From the NCBI GenBank assembly GCA_002269645.1, contig NIVC01001325.1, forward strand, positions 1 to 64,000: a stretch of DNA of 64,000 nucleotides, given 5' to 3'. The DNA is from Macrostomum lignano (Eukaryota). The notes beneath the pieces are model-generated. The model was not told the origin of the DNA. It did not search any database and was given only the letters and a program-made list of their open reading frames with translations. Shown in pieces: positions 36,401 to 49,147 of this stretch; positions within the stretch are counted from its first letter, which is position 1; each line of letters starts with the position of its first letter. The position numbers were made by a program, and so were the translations under genes.

Positions 36401-39400
36401 TCTAGGCGAATATTTCCTGGAAAGTTTTCATTCCTCACTTTATATAGCTGACAGACTCCGCATTGAATGAATCCCCTCCCCTCCCACCTCCCATTTCAAG
36501 GGCGCCCCTGCGGCGGCCGCACATCACGGCCCGGTGCAAACTCCTTCAAACGTTCGCGTCGGCCCCAACCTGCGCTTCAAGCCGGGCGTCCGCGCCAACG
36601 ATGACGAATCGGCCATCCCGGCGCTGGGCGACGGCACCGCGCAGAACATCCCGGGCATTCGGAGCAGCGCCGCAGAAGCCGACGCGGCTGGAGGCGGCGA
36701 AGAGTCCGGCGAGCCGCGTCAGCCGAGAAAGCGGCCAGCTAGCAAGGCCATACCAAAGAGTTTCCAGGCAGCCTGGGTGAAGGCCCGGCCCGGCCTGCCG
36801 GGTTTGGAGGGCGCCGATGAGCTGGAGGACGAATCGTTCATCCCCATGGCTGACACTCCCGCGCCGGGACCCCCCGATTCGGGGGGTGGCGCCGGCCTGC
36901 GTAAGTGGCTCCCTTTTTTCAACCTGTCTTTAAACTTCGTGACTGGCTTCCGTTTGTCTCAATTGGCTTCCGTTTGTCTCAATTGGCTTCCGTTTGTCTC
37001 AATTGGCTTCCGTTTGTCTCAATTGGCTTCCGTTTGTCTCAATTGGCTTCCGTTTGTCTCAATTGGCTTCCGTTTGTCTCAATTGGCTTCCGTTTGTCTC
37101 AATTGGCTTCCGTTTGTCTCAATTGGCTTCCGTTTGTCTCATTGGCTTCCGTTTGTCTCAATTGGCTTCCGTTTGTCTCAATTGGCTTCCGTTTGTCTCA
37201 TTGGCTTCCGTTTGTCTCAATTGGCTTCCGTTTGTCTCAATTGACTTCCGTTTGTCTCAATTGGCTTCCGTTTGTCTCATTGGCTTCCGTTTGTCTCAAT
37301 TGGCTTCCGTTTGTCTCAATTGGCTTCCGTTTGTCTCAATTGGCTTCCGTTTGTCTCAATTGGCCAAGAAGTTTCATTTCCCAGCTGCCTAAGCTTCATT
37401 CCCCAGTTGCCTAAGCTAATTTATTCCCCAGTTGCCTAAGCTTCATTCCCTAGTTGCCTAACCTTCATTCCCTAGTTGCCTAAGCTTCATTCCCTAGTTG
37501 CCTAACCTTCATTCCCCAGTTGCCTAACCTTCATTCCCCAGTTGCCTAACCTTCATTCCCTAGTTGCCTAACCTTCATTCCCTAGTTGCCTAACCTTCAT
37601 TCCCTAGTTGCCTAACCTTCATTCCCTAGTTGCCTAACCTTCATTCCCTAGTTGCCTAACCTTCATTCCCTAGTTGCCTAACCTTCATTCCCTAGTTGCC
37701 TAACCTTCATTCCCCAGTTGCCTAACCTTCATTCCCTAGTTGCCTAAGCTTCATTCCCCAGTTGCCTAACCTTCATTCCCCAGTTGCCTAACCTTCATTC
37801 CCTAGTTGCCTAACCTTCATTCCCTAGTTGCCTAACCTTCATTCCCTAGTTGCCTAACCTTCATTCCCTAGTTGCCTAACCTTCATTCTTCCCCAGATGC
37901 CCGAGTATCATCCCGACTAGTTTTTCTATGTATTCAGTGTTATTCTATATTGATTTTACCAGACCATAAAGTCCATTACAGGAAAGACTTGTAATTGTTT
38001 TCCATTTGCTCGGGGAGAAAGTTTTTCGAATTTTCCTAATGACACTTCTCGCAATACGGTTGCTTAATTGGTTTGAATGTTGTGTACTTTTCATATTTAC
38101 TAATTTGTCCGCGGACTGGCCAGAGTTATCACCCCTATATTTCAGGAAGTTGTAGAAATTTTCCTAGATTATACTTATATTGTTACAGTCCTATTGTAAA
38201 TTATTTAATAGCATTGTACTATTGCCTAAGTAGGTATTGCAGCAATGCCTTTGAATTATTTAGTGCAATTTGACAGGAGGGCGCAGGCTGCAATTCTTTT
38301 TACTCTGCCCAAGTGTCAGGGTTTGGCAATCATTCAACAGTGACACGCTTTAGGAATGAGAAACTAGACAAGTGAGAGGCCTGCTAAGCATGCAGATTGA
38401 CAGCAGAGTAGGAGACATCTCAACAGCATCTGAGATTAGATGCTTTGTAGTGCTAGTGAGAAGCGGCTAGCCTGGTAGAGTGCTTTGTGAGAGTGGCTAA
38501 GAGAGTGGACTGCGTGGCTTGTATAGTAGGCTGAGTAGGCACTGTAGGACTAGTCGTATTAAGTGTGGATACACTGGTAGGGTAGACCGTTTAGGGTAGA
38601 GTAGACTGTTGGTAAAGTAGATTGTGAGGGTACGAGCTTAGAGTAGAATGGTTAGGGTAGAGAGTAGACTGTGTAAAGTAGACTGTGGGGGTAGAGTAGA
38701 CTGTAGTAAAATAAACCGTTCAGGGTAGAATAGTGTGTGGGTAGAGTAGACTGTGGGTAAAGTAGACTGTGGATAGAGTAGACTAATTAGGGTAGAATAG
38801 ACTGATCAGACTTAGTTGGGGTAGAGTGAAACGATGGGGAGAGTAGATTAGGTAGTCGAAATCGACTGATTATGGTAAGGCAGACTGAGTGGGTAGAGTA
38901 GACTTGGTGGGTAGAGTAGATGTATCGGGTAACATCTGCAGACTGAATGGGTAGAGCCTATTGAGTGGGTAGACTGCTGCAGAATGGCTTGACAGATTCA
39001 GTCAGTCAAAAACCCAATCTTGTTTGCCACAGAACACCACGAAAACCCGTACGCGGCCACGCCTGGCCCCATGGGCGCCTACGGCATTCGCCGTTCAGAG
39101 TCCCGCCGAGGCCAGCCGCCGCAGCAGGGGGGAATCGGCGGCTCAGACAAAGGCGAAGGCGATTCTTACGGCAATTACGGAGCCTACGGCGATTCGGGCG
39201 AGTCCTACGAGGAGCCGCCGATGCCGCAGCAGCAGCGGCGTGGCGGCTACCCTTTTCCGCCCCAGCCGCAGTTCCGCGGCCCGAGGCCGCCGCCGATGCC
39301 GCCGCTCGGGCAGAAGCGCGGCTGGGACGGCGCCCCGATGGGTTCCAGCGGGCGGCCTCCATGGGGCCCCGGGCCGCGATTTCCTGGCGCCGGAGGCGGC

Positions 39401-39460
39401 CCCCAAATGCGGCCGAGACCGCCTCACTATCAGCAGCAGCATCGTGGAGGCTGGCGATAA
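27493..39460 (+). CDS. WDR33: Pre-mRNA 3'-end processing protein WDR33 (Pfs2/FY); exons 27493-27630, 28932-29000, 29083-29187, 29278-29373, 31170-31321, 32941-33038, 34446-34572, 34975-35319, 35423-35744, 36501-36900, 39033-39460
   Basis: Phase-consistent GT-AG exons encode [62 protein letters not shown]|[70 protein letters not shown] and [11 protein letters not shown], all hallmark WDR33 blocks. The C-terminus is His/Gly/Arg/Pro-rich. Confidence 0.95.
27701..28845. repeat. 33-bp minisatellite (ggttgtgtcggtgycgtttccttcagatcctta), about 34 copies, WDR33 intron 1
   Basis: Direct inspection; explains the RSLGCVG, CRCRFLQ and TQPKDLKET ORFs. Confidence 0.95.
29431..31106. repeat. Composite minisatellite (34-bp, 31/34-bp and 27-bp blocks sharing ggtcattgggtag[c/t]cac), WDR33 intron 4
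   Basis: Three successive unit types with a common core. Confidence 0.95.
31838..32530. repeat. 23-bp minisatellite (cttaatccggtctcagcccaacc), WDR33 intron 5
   Basis: Period read directly (tctcag at 32281 and 32304). Confidence 0.95.
33530..34320. repeat. 20-bp minisatellite (gatgttcaggtgtcggtgga), WDR33 intron 6
   Basis: Direct inspection. Confidence 0.95.
34616..34949. repeat. 22/23-bp minisatellite (aaccagaccagagaatcgcccc), WDR33 intron 7
   Basis: Direct inspection. Confidence 0.95.
35795..36347. repeat. 31/29-bp minisatellite (tctgcttgattatcgggacatacactgggtc), WDR33 intron 9
   Basis: Direct inspection. Confidence 0.95.
36943..37364. repeat. 20-bp minisatellite (aattggcttccgtttgtctc), WDR33 intron 10
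   Basis: Direct inspection. Confidence 0.95.
37377..37887. repeat. 22-bp minisatellite (cctagttgcctaaccttcattc), WDR33 intron 10
   Basis: Period read directly (tagttg at 37561 and 37583). Confidence 0.95.
38575..38960. repeat. Old degenerate repeat (gggtagagtagactgt), WDR33 intron 10
   Basis: Recurrent gtagagtagact motif with irregular spacing. Confidence 0.7.
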
Positions 39461-39757
39461 TGAGGTTGATAATGAGGCTGATAATGAGGCTGATAAGGAG
39501 ATTAATAATGAGGCTGATAAGGAGATTAATAATGAGGCTGATAATGAGATTGATAATGAGGCTGATAATAAGATTGATAATGAGGCTGATAATGAAGTTG
39601 ATAGTGAGGTTGACAAAGATTGACAATGAGATTGATAATGTGGCTGATAATGAGGCTGACAATGATTGACAATGAGATTGATAATGTGGCTGATAATGAG
39701 GCTGACAATGATTGACAATGAGACTGATAATGTGGCTGATAATGAGGCTGACAATGA
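39455..39757. repeat. 12-bp repeat (gataatgaggct) starting at the WDR33 stop codon
   Basis: Direct inspection; the first unit includes the TAA stop. Confidence 0.9.
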
Positions 39758-40364
39758 TGAAACTAACCCAAGTGTTACGAGTACATCTAAACTTGAGATT
39801 CCCCACATTTCCGAGCCCTGCACCTGCTCTAATAGTCTATTAAGTTATAACTTTGCCTTCTCCTGCTCATGTTAAAGTTATGTACTGCATTATAATAATT
39901 AAATTACATTGCGGAGGAGCCAGTACCCGAGCTCGCTATTTCACTATTAATCTTACTCCTTTCCGTAATTAATTTGTTATTAGGTAACTCGCGTATGTTA
40001 AAAGCCTATTTAACTATTTGTTGTGTAAATATAAGCCATTGTTTACCTGCCACTGAATAGGCTTAACTGAATATTTTATTGCCCTGTTGCTAGCCCCGGT
40101 ACCACCCCACTGCCGCACTCGGTTCGGCTCTTGCGGGGCTTGTTGGTGGCTTCGGTTAATAAGAAAATTCTGAACTGTTTTTTGTGTTTATTTGTAATAA
40201 TTTTTAATCAATTTGCGCTCTACGGGCTCGCCGTTTTGCCTCTGCCCCTGCTCGCAGGCAGTGCCACTTCTCTAATGCTGCTCTGCCTTTTCTGCATGCA
40301 CTCCTTTGATCCGCTGTGCAACCTTACCTGTTCCTCTCTCTGCCCTTCCCTCTTCTCTCCCGTA

Positions 40365-40600
40365 TCGGAGTAGCCCAGTGCGTAAATGCGTCCAACTCTC
40401 GCGCCGCGACCCCAGGTTCGATTCCTTCATTCTTTTGGGGCTTTGAGTGCACGAACATTTCCCGATGAAAATTCGCACCCACGAGGGCCGGCCCCCAAGG
40501 CACGGTGAGTGCACATGCCTGACAATTAGAAAGTCGGGGGCTGCTGTGCACCCTGTGTGAGCGTGTTTGAGTGCGTGTCTGCGAACAGTATTGGCGGGAA
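40365..40600 (+). mobile_element. tRNA-derived SINE copy (diverged)
   Basis: A box (tagcccagtgcg) and B box (ggttcgattcc) followed by a body homologous to the 62131-62489 copy (ccccaagg..gtga.gtg.acatgcct.acaatt..). Confidence 0.75.
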
Positions 40601-40999
40601 AGAGAATGGAAGATCAGAAATGAGAGAAGAGGGGAGAGAGGACAGAGAGATAGAGGAGAAAGAACAGAGAAAAAGAGGGGACATAGAGGAGCGAGAGAAG
40701 AGTAGAGATGGGCAGATAGACAGAGATAAAAGTGGGGGGAAAAGCAGGACCCGAGGTCCGGATAGAGAGGCTGCGCCGGCCGCTTGTATCCCGCAGGATG
40801 AAGTTTGCCGACCCCTGGTTTAGCTTGTCAGTCATGTTGGGTGGATAAATCATAAATTAATTCATTTAAAAGGTGCATTTACACAACGGATACTTAAAGT
40901 TACATAACGAGTAGATAAGCTCTTACTTATTCTTCAATTACACAAGAAGCGTGCAAACAGTCAACCGAACCAGCGCGACAGAAAAAGAGACTGTGGGAC

Positions 41000-41520
41000 A
41001 GAAGCCTGTTATTATAGCGCTGTTGGCTGCACAGAGATAAGGCCTGGATGGATGACTGGTGTTTTTCCAACTGTCTCTACTGACGTGGTGTTTGCTCTGG
41101 TGCTGATCGGACTTCGCTAACAGATGCGTCCCTGCCTTGCTGGAGCCCTCGGATTCATTAGTGCAAAGCCTGCGGCTACGGATGCAGTATCTTTGGTGTG
41201 CGTCCTGCATGAAGAAAATGACAATTGCTGCCTGCATGCTTTCCTATCGTTGACCCTGTCCTCTCCGTGTCGAGTCATGCGACAGGAAAAAATTGTTGTA
41301 AAGTTGATTCAATTCAGACGACAAGGGAAACAGTTCCAGGACAGGAGCTGTCTTGTTCGTCAAGGTCCTTGCTGCGTCACTGTTAAAACTTGCTCGCTGA
41401 GTTTGGTCTAGGTTGCTAGACATCGCTGCAGGATGAGCACAGATCCGGGAGGCCATGAGATGCAGTGACGCCTTAAAAAATCTGCACTGAATTCAGGACT
41501 ACCAGGAGATTTGTCAGGAT
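41000..41520 (-). pseudogene. Possible heavily decayed LINE reverse-transcriptase N-terminal fragment
   Basis: PDKSPGSPEFSADFLR...LILQRCLAT resembles the KxPGxD motif region of LINE RTs; the rest is broken by stops. Confidence 0.25.
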
Positions 41521-43032
41521 GTTGGTACGATTTGGATTCGGAAGCATTTATACCATTCTGAAGGAACACTTTGACTGACTTGCTGACTTGCCAATGGGTT
41601 CCTCATCAGCTGCCTTGGTGAATTGTAGGACACCCGAGCCTCTTGATGCTCAAAATGAAAGCTGTTGACGGATCTGGGACCCTCTTTAGGACTAAGATTG
41701 TGCGATGAATTTTTTACTCGTCACAGCCGAATTTAAAGTGTCGGCAAGCAGATCGCTTCTACATCTATTCAATTAGACAATGGTTAGAAAATCTTAGTGG
41801 ATAAACGACAGTTTCCCATCAATGTCTTTGCTGCATATCGAAGCAGACTTCATTTTCTTTCTGTCGTGTTATTTATTGTTTATAGGGTCTAATCTTGAAT
41901 TGCGCTGTGAAGGATACCAAAGATGGCTTCAAATCATGCGATTTCGTCAAAGTATACTCGTAACTGACGGCTAACAAAAAAGAACAAGAACAAGGCACAC
42001 CGCCGGGGAACAAAGTACATGTACAGTTCATAAAAATGTCAGATGAGTTTCCTCAGCGCGAGCTCTCTAAAGGCGGCAACAACGTGCGCCTGGCCGATCA
42101 CCCCAGCGTCATCCAGCAGGCAATTCACGTAGCGGCGCGTCCGGCCGTAGCCCTGGCGTCAGGGGTTAAATAGGTGGATAGCACGCTCGTAGCTTCCTTT
42201 GTGACTGCTAGATTTCGATTTCCAAGTGTTATTTGAGCCAAGCTTGGCATCGCATTTCTACAACTTTGTCTGTTGAAGAGCAATTTGCAGGCGTTATTTG
42301 GGCGTCTTATTCAGGCATCTCTAACCACAGCCTTGATGGCTCCTCAAGTTGGCGCGGTCAGCAAGTAAAATCGATCGAATAAGCGCTGTAGTCTCCGATC
42401 CTCCGGGCCTGCTGCATCAGTCTATGCTAATGAGGCCCGATCGGCCAATATATAAATATGTAAGCTGGACACTGCCCAACAGCCAGCTAATTATGCAGCT
42501 TTGTAGTAGGTTAGTCGATCGCTCCGGCTATGGGCAATTTCTTGCTATTTCCGCGCACTTTGCAAATATATGAATTTTCGCACCCGCGCTCAACTAGTCC
42601 CCGACTACTGCTGGCCAAGAGAGTGGCAAAATTGTAAGAACTGTAGCCAAATATTTTGAGGCACAAGTCGCCTACATCGTCTGTGCGCCCCTGGCTTTGC
42701 TTTGCCTTTTGACGGCATTACTCTGTCCGTCTTCTGCCCCTGTCAATGCGTGCAGGCTCAAGCAATTCGATTTGCAGCTGCGACTATAGGAATATCAAGC
42801 CTATATCTGTGATGCCACTGATACGGGCATACGAGAGAGACTTCCTTTATGATTCAATCGCTGATTTTTCTATTATGACAGACAGTCGCGCCCCGATCTC
42901 ATTGATTAGCTGTCCAAAAAAAGACAGCCTCAATGCAGCTCCTTGGGATATGATAGTTGCTTCCGGATGGTAGGGTCCAGGGCAACTCAAACACTGAAAT
43001 ATTTATTCTCATTGTAACAAACTACGATTAGA

Positions 43033-43195
43033 GTGTCAGAGCTGTCAAATCAGGGTGTCAGAGCTGCAAAATCAGGGTGTCAGAGCTGCCAAATCAGGGT
43101 GTCAGAGCTGCCAAATCAGGGTGTCAGAGATGCCAAATCAGGGTGTCAGAGCTGCCAAATCAGGGTGTCAGAGATGCCAAATCAGGGTGTCAGAC
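43033..43195. repeat. 22-bp minisatellite (gtgtcagagctgccaaatcagg), about 7 copies
   Basis: Direct inspection. Confidence 0.9.
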
Positions 43196-45394
43196 ATTTT
43201 GAATACACATCAATAATAACACTGGAGATAAGCTTCCTGTCCATTTTCAAGATTTCATGCTTTTCGACTTGGAAAATTTCAACAGATTAGCACAGTTAGA
43301 AGCCTCTTGCTCCAAACTTGACCTCAATTACTCTCAATTTTTTACTCTTCCTAAGCCGGGGGCGAAATTCTGTGACCGGCTAATAAAAGTACATCAAGCA
43401 GCCTAATGCCTTCTATTGCCGCGGACTTCGCCAGGAGCCGAGCGAGTAGCGGACCCTGCTGCATATTGTCACAGCATCTGCCAGTCAGCGCGGGAACTCA
43501 ATTATCATCAGCTCACTCTCATTCTAGCAGCTTTTCCACTCTCCGTGTGCGCCTCCATTCTCTGCCCCCCCCCATTTTCATTGTCCCTATCCTATTTGCA
43601 CAGCCTGCAGGAACTCGCTTTGTACAGTGCAGGCTTTGATAATGGCTGGATTTTGGCAATATTCACTGCTTACAAACTGGGTTTAAAGAAGTTCAGCGAA
43701 GCTTTACAGTACTCGTACACTAAAATCTTAAGACATTCATCAAGTTGCGTCTCAAATTAACTGTCGAGTTTTTTCCTGAACATTGGATTTTACGAGAACA
43801 TTTTCAGCCTTGATTCCGAACCTTCTGTAGGTAACACAATGACAATGTCAAGCATCGGACTCCGATTACTTTCTCCTGCAAAGCCTGCAAAAGACACACG
43901 ATGGGGATACCGTACGAGCCCTGTGCCCGGTTGAGGCAGAAATGTCAAGGACGGATTTCCTTCTCTTCCCCTCTCTGTGATTCAAATTGTGATCAGATTA
44001 GTTGAATTGTAAACAGGCTCGGGGGAGAAAGCGGCTGATTGACAGAGCGCGGGGTAAGACAGTGGGAGAGGGGGGCGAAGGACTGGCACCGGGGGCTCTA
44101 TAGAGGGCAGAAGCAGCCTGAGAGGAGGGGATCAAGCGAACAATCAAGGGATAAAAAAACGACTGTGGCTTTTCCACTGCAGCTCAGTTGGTTTTCTTTG
44201 CAAACCCCTACTGCGATTGGCTGGACCGCTCTGTCGACCAACTGCACTGGAGTTTATCTCTGCCTAATAGCTCTCGCCATTGAAAACGTTGCCTTAAAAT
44301 TAGCAGTACTGTGCTATCGGACCGTCTGGCCGTTCCTGCATCCTCCAGCCTCAGAGCAGTCAGCTGATTGGCAGCATGCAACCGGATGGGAATCAGAAAG
44401 GTGAGTTGAGTTGCTGTTTGTTAACAACAAACCACAGAATACAGCTGTCGCCCGCCACAGAGGCTGCGCTTCTCAAGTCAGCTCCCCCAGTCAGAGTCAG
44501 AACGGGGTAGCGCGTCGTTCGCCCTTGTTCGTTAAGTATTCGAGAATACTTCGAATATTGCTGTAGTATCACCTTCGGATAAAGCCACCACACTACAGTA
44601 GCAATGATATTCACTAAGGCATTAGCTAAAACTTTGCTACTGTTTCGCGTCACAATATATTAAATGGATTCTGTGTTGTAAAATTTCGAATGATTTTTTC
44701 CGGGTCGCTGAAATGAAAGACGCTGGAAAACATGTTTGAAATTATTTTCAACTCTAACCCTAAAATCAGTTGGGGCAGATACGGGCAGCTTATATTGTTC
44801 CAAAACAGATATTTAGGCCGCTAATACGAGCCAATAATCCTCTCCTTGCTCCCGCTTAGACATGCTTTTGTGAGGCATTAGTCTCGTGTCGAACGTTGAT
44901 GCTGAAAATTAATTAACAGAATCCCTTCAATCCCTTCCCTACACTGAAGAGCCACTCGAGTCCTGCTAATCCTGCTGGTTCAAGTACTCGCAGGGCTTCC
45001 GCTGGATTGAGAACTGGGCGCGAAAAATCTATTTGCTGAATGAAATTACGCATCGAAAAATACACGCTACTACTTATGGACACGTTGCAAGTAGTCACTA
45101 GCGAATGCTGGGGATAATTATTTAGAAAATAGTACAGGTAGCCCGCCTGCGTAGTATGAGTCACTCAGATGTTTCACTGAAAATAATGCACAATAAATAC
45201 TCATGAGGTACTTCTGTACAGATCCATTGGGAACTTACCTCTATTCGCGATAGTCTGCAAGGAGACAGGCTTACTTGAGACAAGTTTAATATGAAGGTAC
45301 AAGCCCGTAATCTAGGGAGGGGTTACGGGGAGGATCAAGTGTACGGGAGGGCAAGGTTACATGCACGTCAGAAGAAGCTTACATTTACGATTAT

Positions 45395-45730
45395 GACAAG
45401 GTTACGTGAGGACAAGGAGTACGTGAAAACGAGGTTACGTGAGGACAAGGTTACTAGAAGACATGTTACGTGAGGACAAGGTTACGTGAGGACAAGGAGT
45501 ACGTGAGGACGAGGTTACGTGAGGACAAGGTTACTAGAAGACATGTTACGTGAGGACAAGGTTACGTGAGGACAAGGAGTACGTGAGGACGAGGTTACGT
45601 GAGGACAAGGTTACGTGAGGACAATGTTACGTAAGGGACATGGTTACGTAAAGGACAAGGTTACGTGAGAACAAGGTTACGTAAGGGACAAGGTTACGTA
45701 AAGGACAAGGTGCGGACATGAGGACAAGGT
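45395..45730. repeat. 16-bp based minisatellite (gaggacaaggttacgt)
   Basis: Direct inspection. Confidence 0.9.
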
Positions 45731-46537
45731 TAACAGAGTACAAGTTTAAGGGAAGACAGTGTTTCTTGAGGTTATTATATGCAATATACAAGGCTACAAG
45801 GCACAAGTGTGCACTGTGAGGCAGATCTATAAGCCTACTCCAGGTAAGTACACAATTTTATAGCTATACTGTAGATTCCTAACCGCAAAAGCTAGCAGCA
45901 GGTGGTCTGCTCTCACTGGAGACTGCCAGCCAAGAGTCCATGGCCAACGTGGAGCTGAAATCATCAATAGGAAACTTTCATGCATAGCAGATTGCCCAGC
46001 CCAATCCATATGAGCGCCCCCCCCCAAGATTGAAATGCATTTTCGCCCCGTCCTCCTGGCAGTTTGCTAGCAAATATTTCCAAACAGACGCGACGGGTGG
46101 GCCAGCATTTTCCAGGGACTATAAATTATTGAGAAGCCTCGGGGTATATTGCACAAGCAATCAATATTGCGAGAAACTGACCATCAGCTTAGGCGCAACG
46201 CTTTTTTGAGCGAGCTTCTGTACTCAGTGCAGCTCAAAGAAGGGACGCTGTGTGTGTAATGTAGCAAAGTTATTGGCTCAAAGGATCATCACGCAAGGCT
46301 GGGCGGCTGCATGCTGAATTTAGCTATGAGCACTGACTAGCGGGTTTGCTACTCTGCTTTGGGCCTGCTAGATTTTCATTTAGGCAAAAGCAAAATTGCA
46401 CTTTCTTGGCCCTGCTGGCTGGCTGGGCTGGAGAAAATCAATGTGACTTTCTCGCATTCTCAGCGGTGACTCACTCCGAAGTATCTGGATTATTTGATTG
46501 TGCCATCCTCATTGGCACAACCGAAGTGTTCATCGCT

Positions 46538-46950
46538 CTGTGGGTCACCCTGTGGGTCACCCTGTGGGTCACCCTGTGGGTCACCCTGTGGGTCACCCTG
46601 TGGGTCACCCTGTGGGTCACCCTGTGGGTCACCCTGTGGGTCACCCTGTGGGTCACCCTGTGGGTCACCCTGTGGGTCACCCTGTGGGTCACCCTGTGGG
46701 TCACCCTGTGGGTCACCCTGTGGGTCACCCTGTGGGTCACCCTGTGGGTCACCCTGTGGGTCACCCTGTGGGTCACCCTGTGGGTCACCCTGTGGGTCAC
46801 CCTGTGGGTCACCCTGTGGGTCACCCTGTGGGTCACCCTGTGGGTCACCCTGTGGGTCACCCTGTGGGTCACCCTGTGGGTCACCCTGTGGGTCACCCTG
46901 TGGGTCACCCTGTGGGTCACCCTGTGGGTCACCCTGTGGGTCACCCTGTG
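46538..46950. repeat. Perfect 12-bp tandem repeat (ctgtgggtcacc), about 34 copies
   Basis: No variant units seen; source of five long repetitive ORFs. Confidence 0.98.
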
Positions 46951-47747
46951 CTATAAAGACAGACCAGTCCAAATAGGTCACACTGAGATCGCTCTGTACC
47001 GGTAACTCCGTCAAACTCCCTGCCTGGAAAAGCTCGCTCGTTGCGTCACTCTAACTACGGATACTCAGCCCATGGAGCAGGTAGTGAGGTTATACGCATT
47101 CTAGTATTAAGTTAGTGGCTACTGTTTTACGGCAATTTTTATTGCCCAATATTTCGGCTATCCATGACTTTCCGCAAATTGCTCAAAAGTCGTGCCCAAT
47201 GCCAGGTTTTGATCAATGGTTAGGAAAACTTAGGTGAGTCCGTGAGCCTATGATGACGATCTTGACAAAAAAATTTCTGCAATGTCGCTTCATTCATGGA
47301 GTTCCAGATATTTTTTCTGGAGTTGAAACTGACTAATCAAACTCATAAACCAATGAGGCTGGGCTGAAACTGGTCTCTTGCTCGATGAGTCGCTGAAAAA
47401 GTAGATGGATTCTATAGGGTTGCTAACTCAACGCCCAGACAATATGTGCGACTTGGGGGTCGGCTATCAGCAAAGAGTCAGATGAAGGACCATCAGTGCG
47501 GTACCAACACTGGGCCTTTGAGAGAGACAATGAGGCTGTCTAGGCAACCTGCTGAAGGTCTAGTTAAGATCAGAAGGTAACACCTGTCTCTCAGAGCCCT
47601 ATTAGCTATAGAGGCACCTAATGCACCCAGGGACACCATCGTGTGAGGTTGCTTTTGATTTGTGCAACCGGAGCCCTGTTAGTCAAGCACCTTCTGGACC
47701 TTCAACAGGTGGCACCTTCTTGTGGCATCTCCTTGAAGGTCACCCAT

Positions 47748-48430
47748 CTCCAGATTGCAATTCCTAGATCTTCCTTGATGGTCTCCCCTCTCCAGATTGC
47801 AATTCCTAGATCTCCTTGATGGTTTTCCTCTCCAGATTGCAATTCCTAGATCTTCCTTGATGGTCTCCCCTCTCCAGATTGCAATTCCAGATCTCCTTGA
47901 TGGTCTTCCCTCTTCAGATTGCAATTCCTAGATCTCCTTGATGGTCTCCCCTCTCCAGATTGCAATTCCTAGATCTCCTTGATGGTTTTCCTCTCTCCAG
48001 ATTGCAATTCCTAGATCTCCTTGATGGTCTCCCCTCTTCAGATTGCAATTCCTAGATCTCCTTGATGGTCTCCCCTCTTCAGATTGCAATTCCTAGATCT
48101 CCTTGATGGTCTCCCCTCTCCAGATTGCAATTCCTAGATCTCCTTGATGGTCTCCCCTCTCCAGATTGCAATTCCTAGATCTCCTTGATGGTTTCCTCTC
48201 TCCAGATTGCAATTCCTAGATCTCCTTGATGGTCTCCCCTCTTCAGATTGCAATTCCTAGATCTCCTTGATGGTCTCCCCTCTCCAGATTGCAATTCCTA
48301 GATCTCCTTGATGGTTTCCCTCTCCAGATTGCAATTTCTAGATCTCCTTGATGGTCTCCCCTCTTCAGATTGCAATTCCTAGATCTCCTTGATGGTTTCC
48401 CTCTCCAGATTGCAATTCCTAGATCTCCTT
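47748..48430. repeat. 40/41-bp minisatellite (ccagattgcaattcctagatctccttgatggtctcccctct)
   Basis: Period read directly (cttgatgg at 48061 and 48102). Confidence 0.95.
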
Positions 48431-49147
48431 GGCTCGTCCCATCCATCGCTATTGCATCCAACCCCCACCCCCGGTCCCCTCAAAAAATCTTTCATCCGTC
48501 TCAGTCAGCAGCAATGATAAAATATAACAAAATCGCGAGAGCCAGCTAGTGCTTCGCAGATGTCGGAGACCTGTGTCAGCTCCGGAGGGACAGGAGAGTG
48601 AGGGAGGCTGGGGAGCTCTGAAAGAGAGCGAGGTAAGGCTGGTATAGAAATGAAAGGCGGACCTGCAAGGCTTAGTGTATTAATCTCTCCCATCGCCTGA
48701 TCTCAGCTCCCCATCCCTGTCCATCTTGCATCCCGCAATGGCTACTGCTGCATGAGTTTGAGCCGGCCATTCGAGCGCCGAGCTAAGGAAATTTCGCAAT
48801 CCTTTTTAAGCCGGCCGGACGTCCGACTACTGCCTCATCCCCGAGAGTTAGAGTTGCCACCAGGGGAACAAATGTCTATTTCGAGAGTAACAGAAGCGGC
48901 CCTAGGACGTCTGGTATCGAGGAAACTCGATAAATGAACAAATTGAGACGGATGGGTAGGACTGGTAGAACTCAGTACGTTAAAGTAGAAAACCGATGAG
49001 CGAATTCCGGGGATGTTCATATCTCCGAAATTCTATATCTCCGACACTGCATATCTCCAACACTTCATATCTCCGACATTTCATATCTCCTTCGACACTT
49101 CACACTTCATAGCTTCCCTTACCCTAACCCTGAGATATAAATGTCTG

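Noticed and set aside
37897-37920. ccccag|atgcccgagtatcatcccgactag as an alternative WDR33 terminal exon
   Set aside because: The acceptor-like site is at the end of a repeat array; no homology or other support.
40365-40430. tRNA gene
   Set aside because: A and B boxes are present, but there is no convincing acceptor or anticodon stem, and the sequence continues into a SINE body; the same applies at 62415-62489.
42036-42177. Short GC-rich ORF MSDEFPQRELSKGG...
   Set aside because: 46 codons, no clear donor or partner exon, no recognisable similarity.
46346-47014. Long ORFs WVTL/THRV/GDPQ/CGSP/GHPV
   Set aside because: By-products of a stop-free 12-bp repeat.
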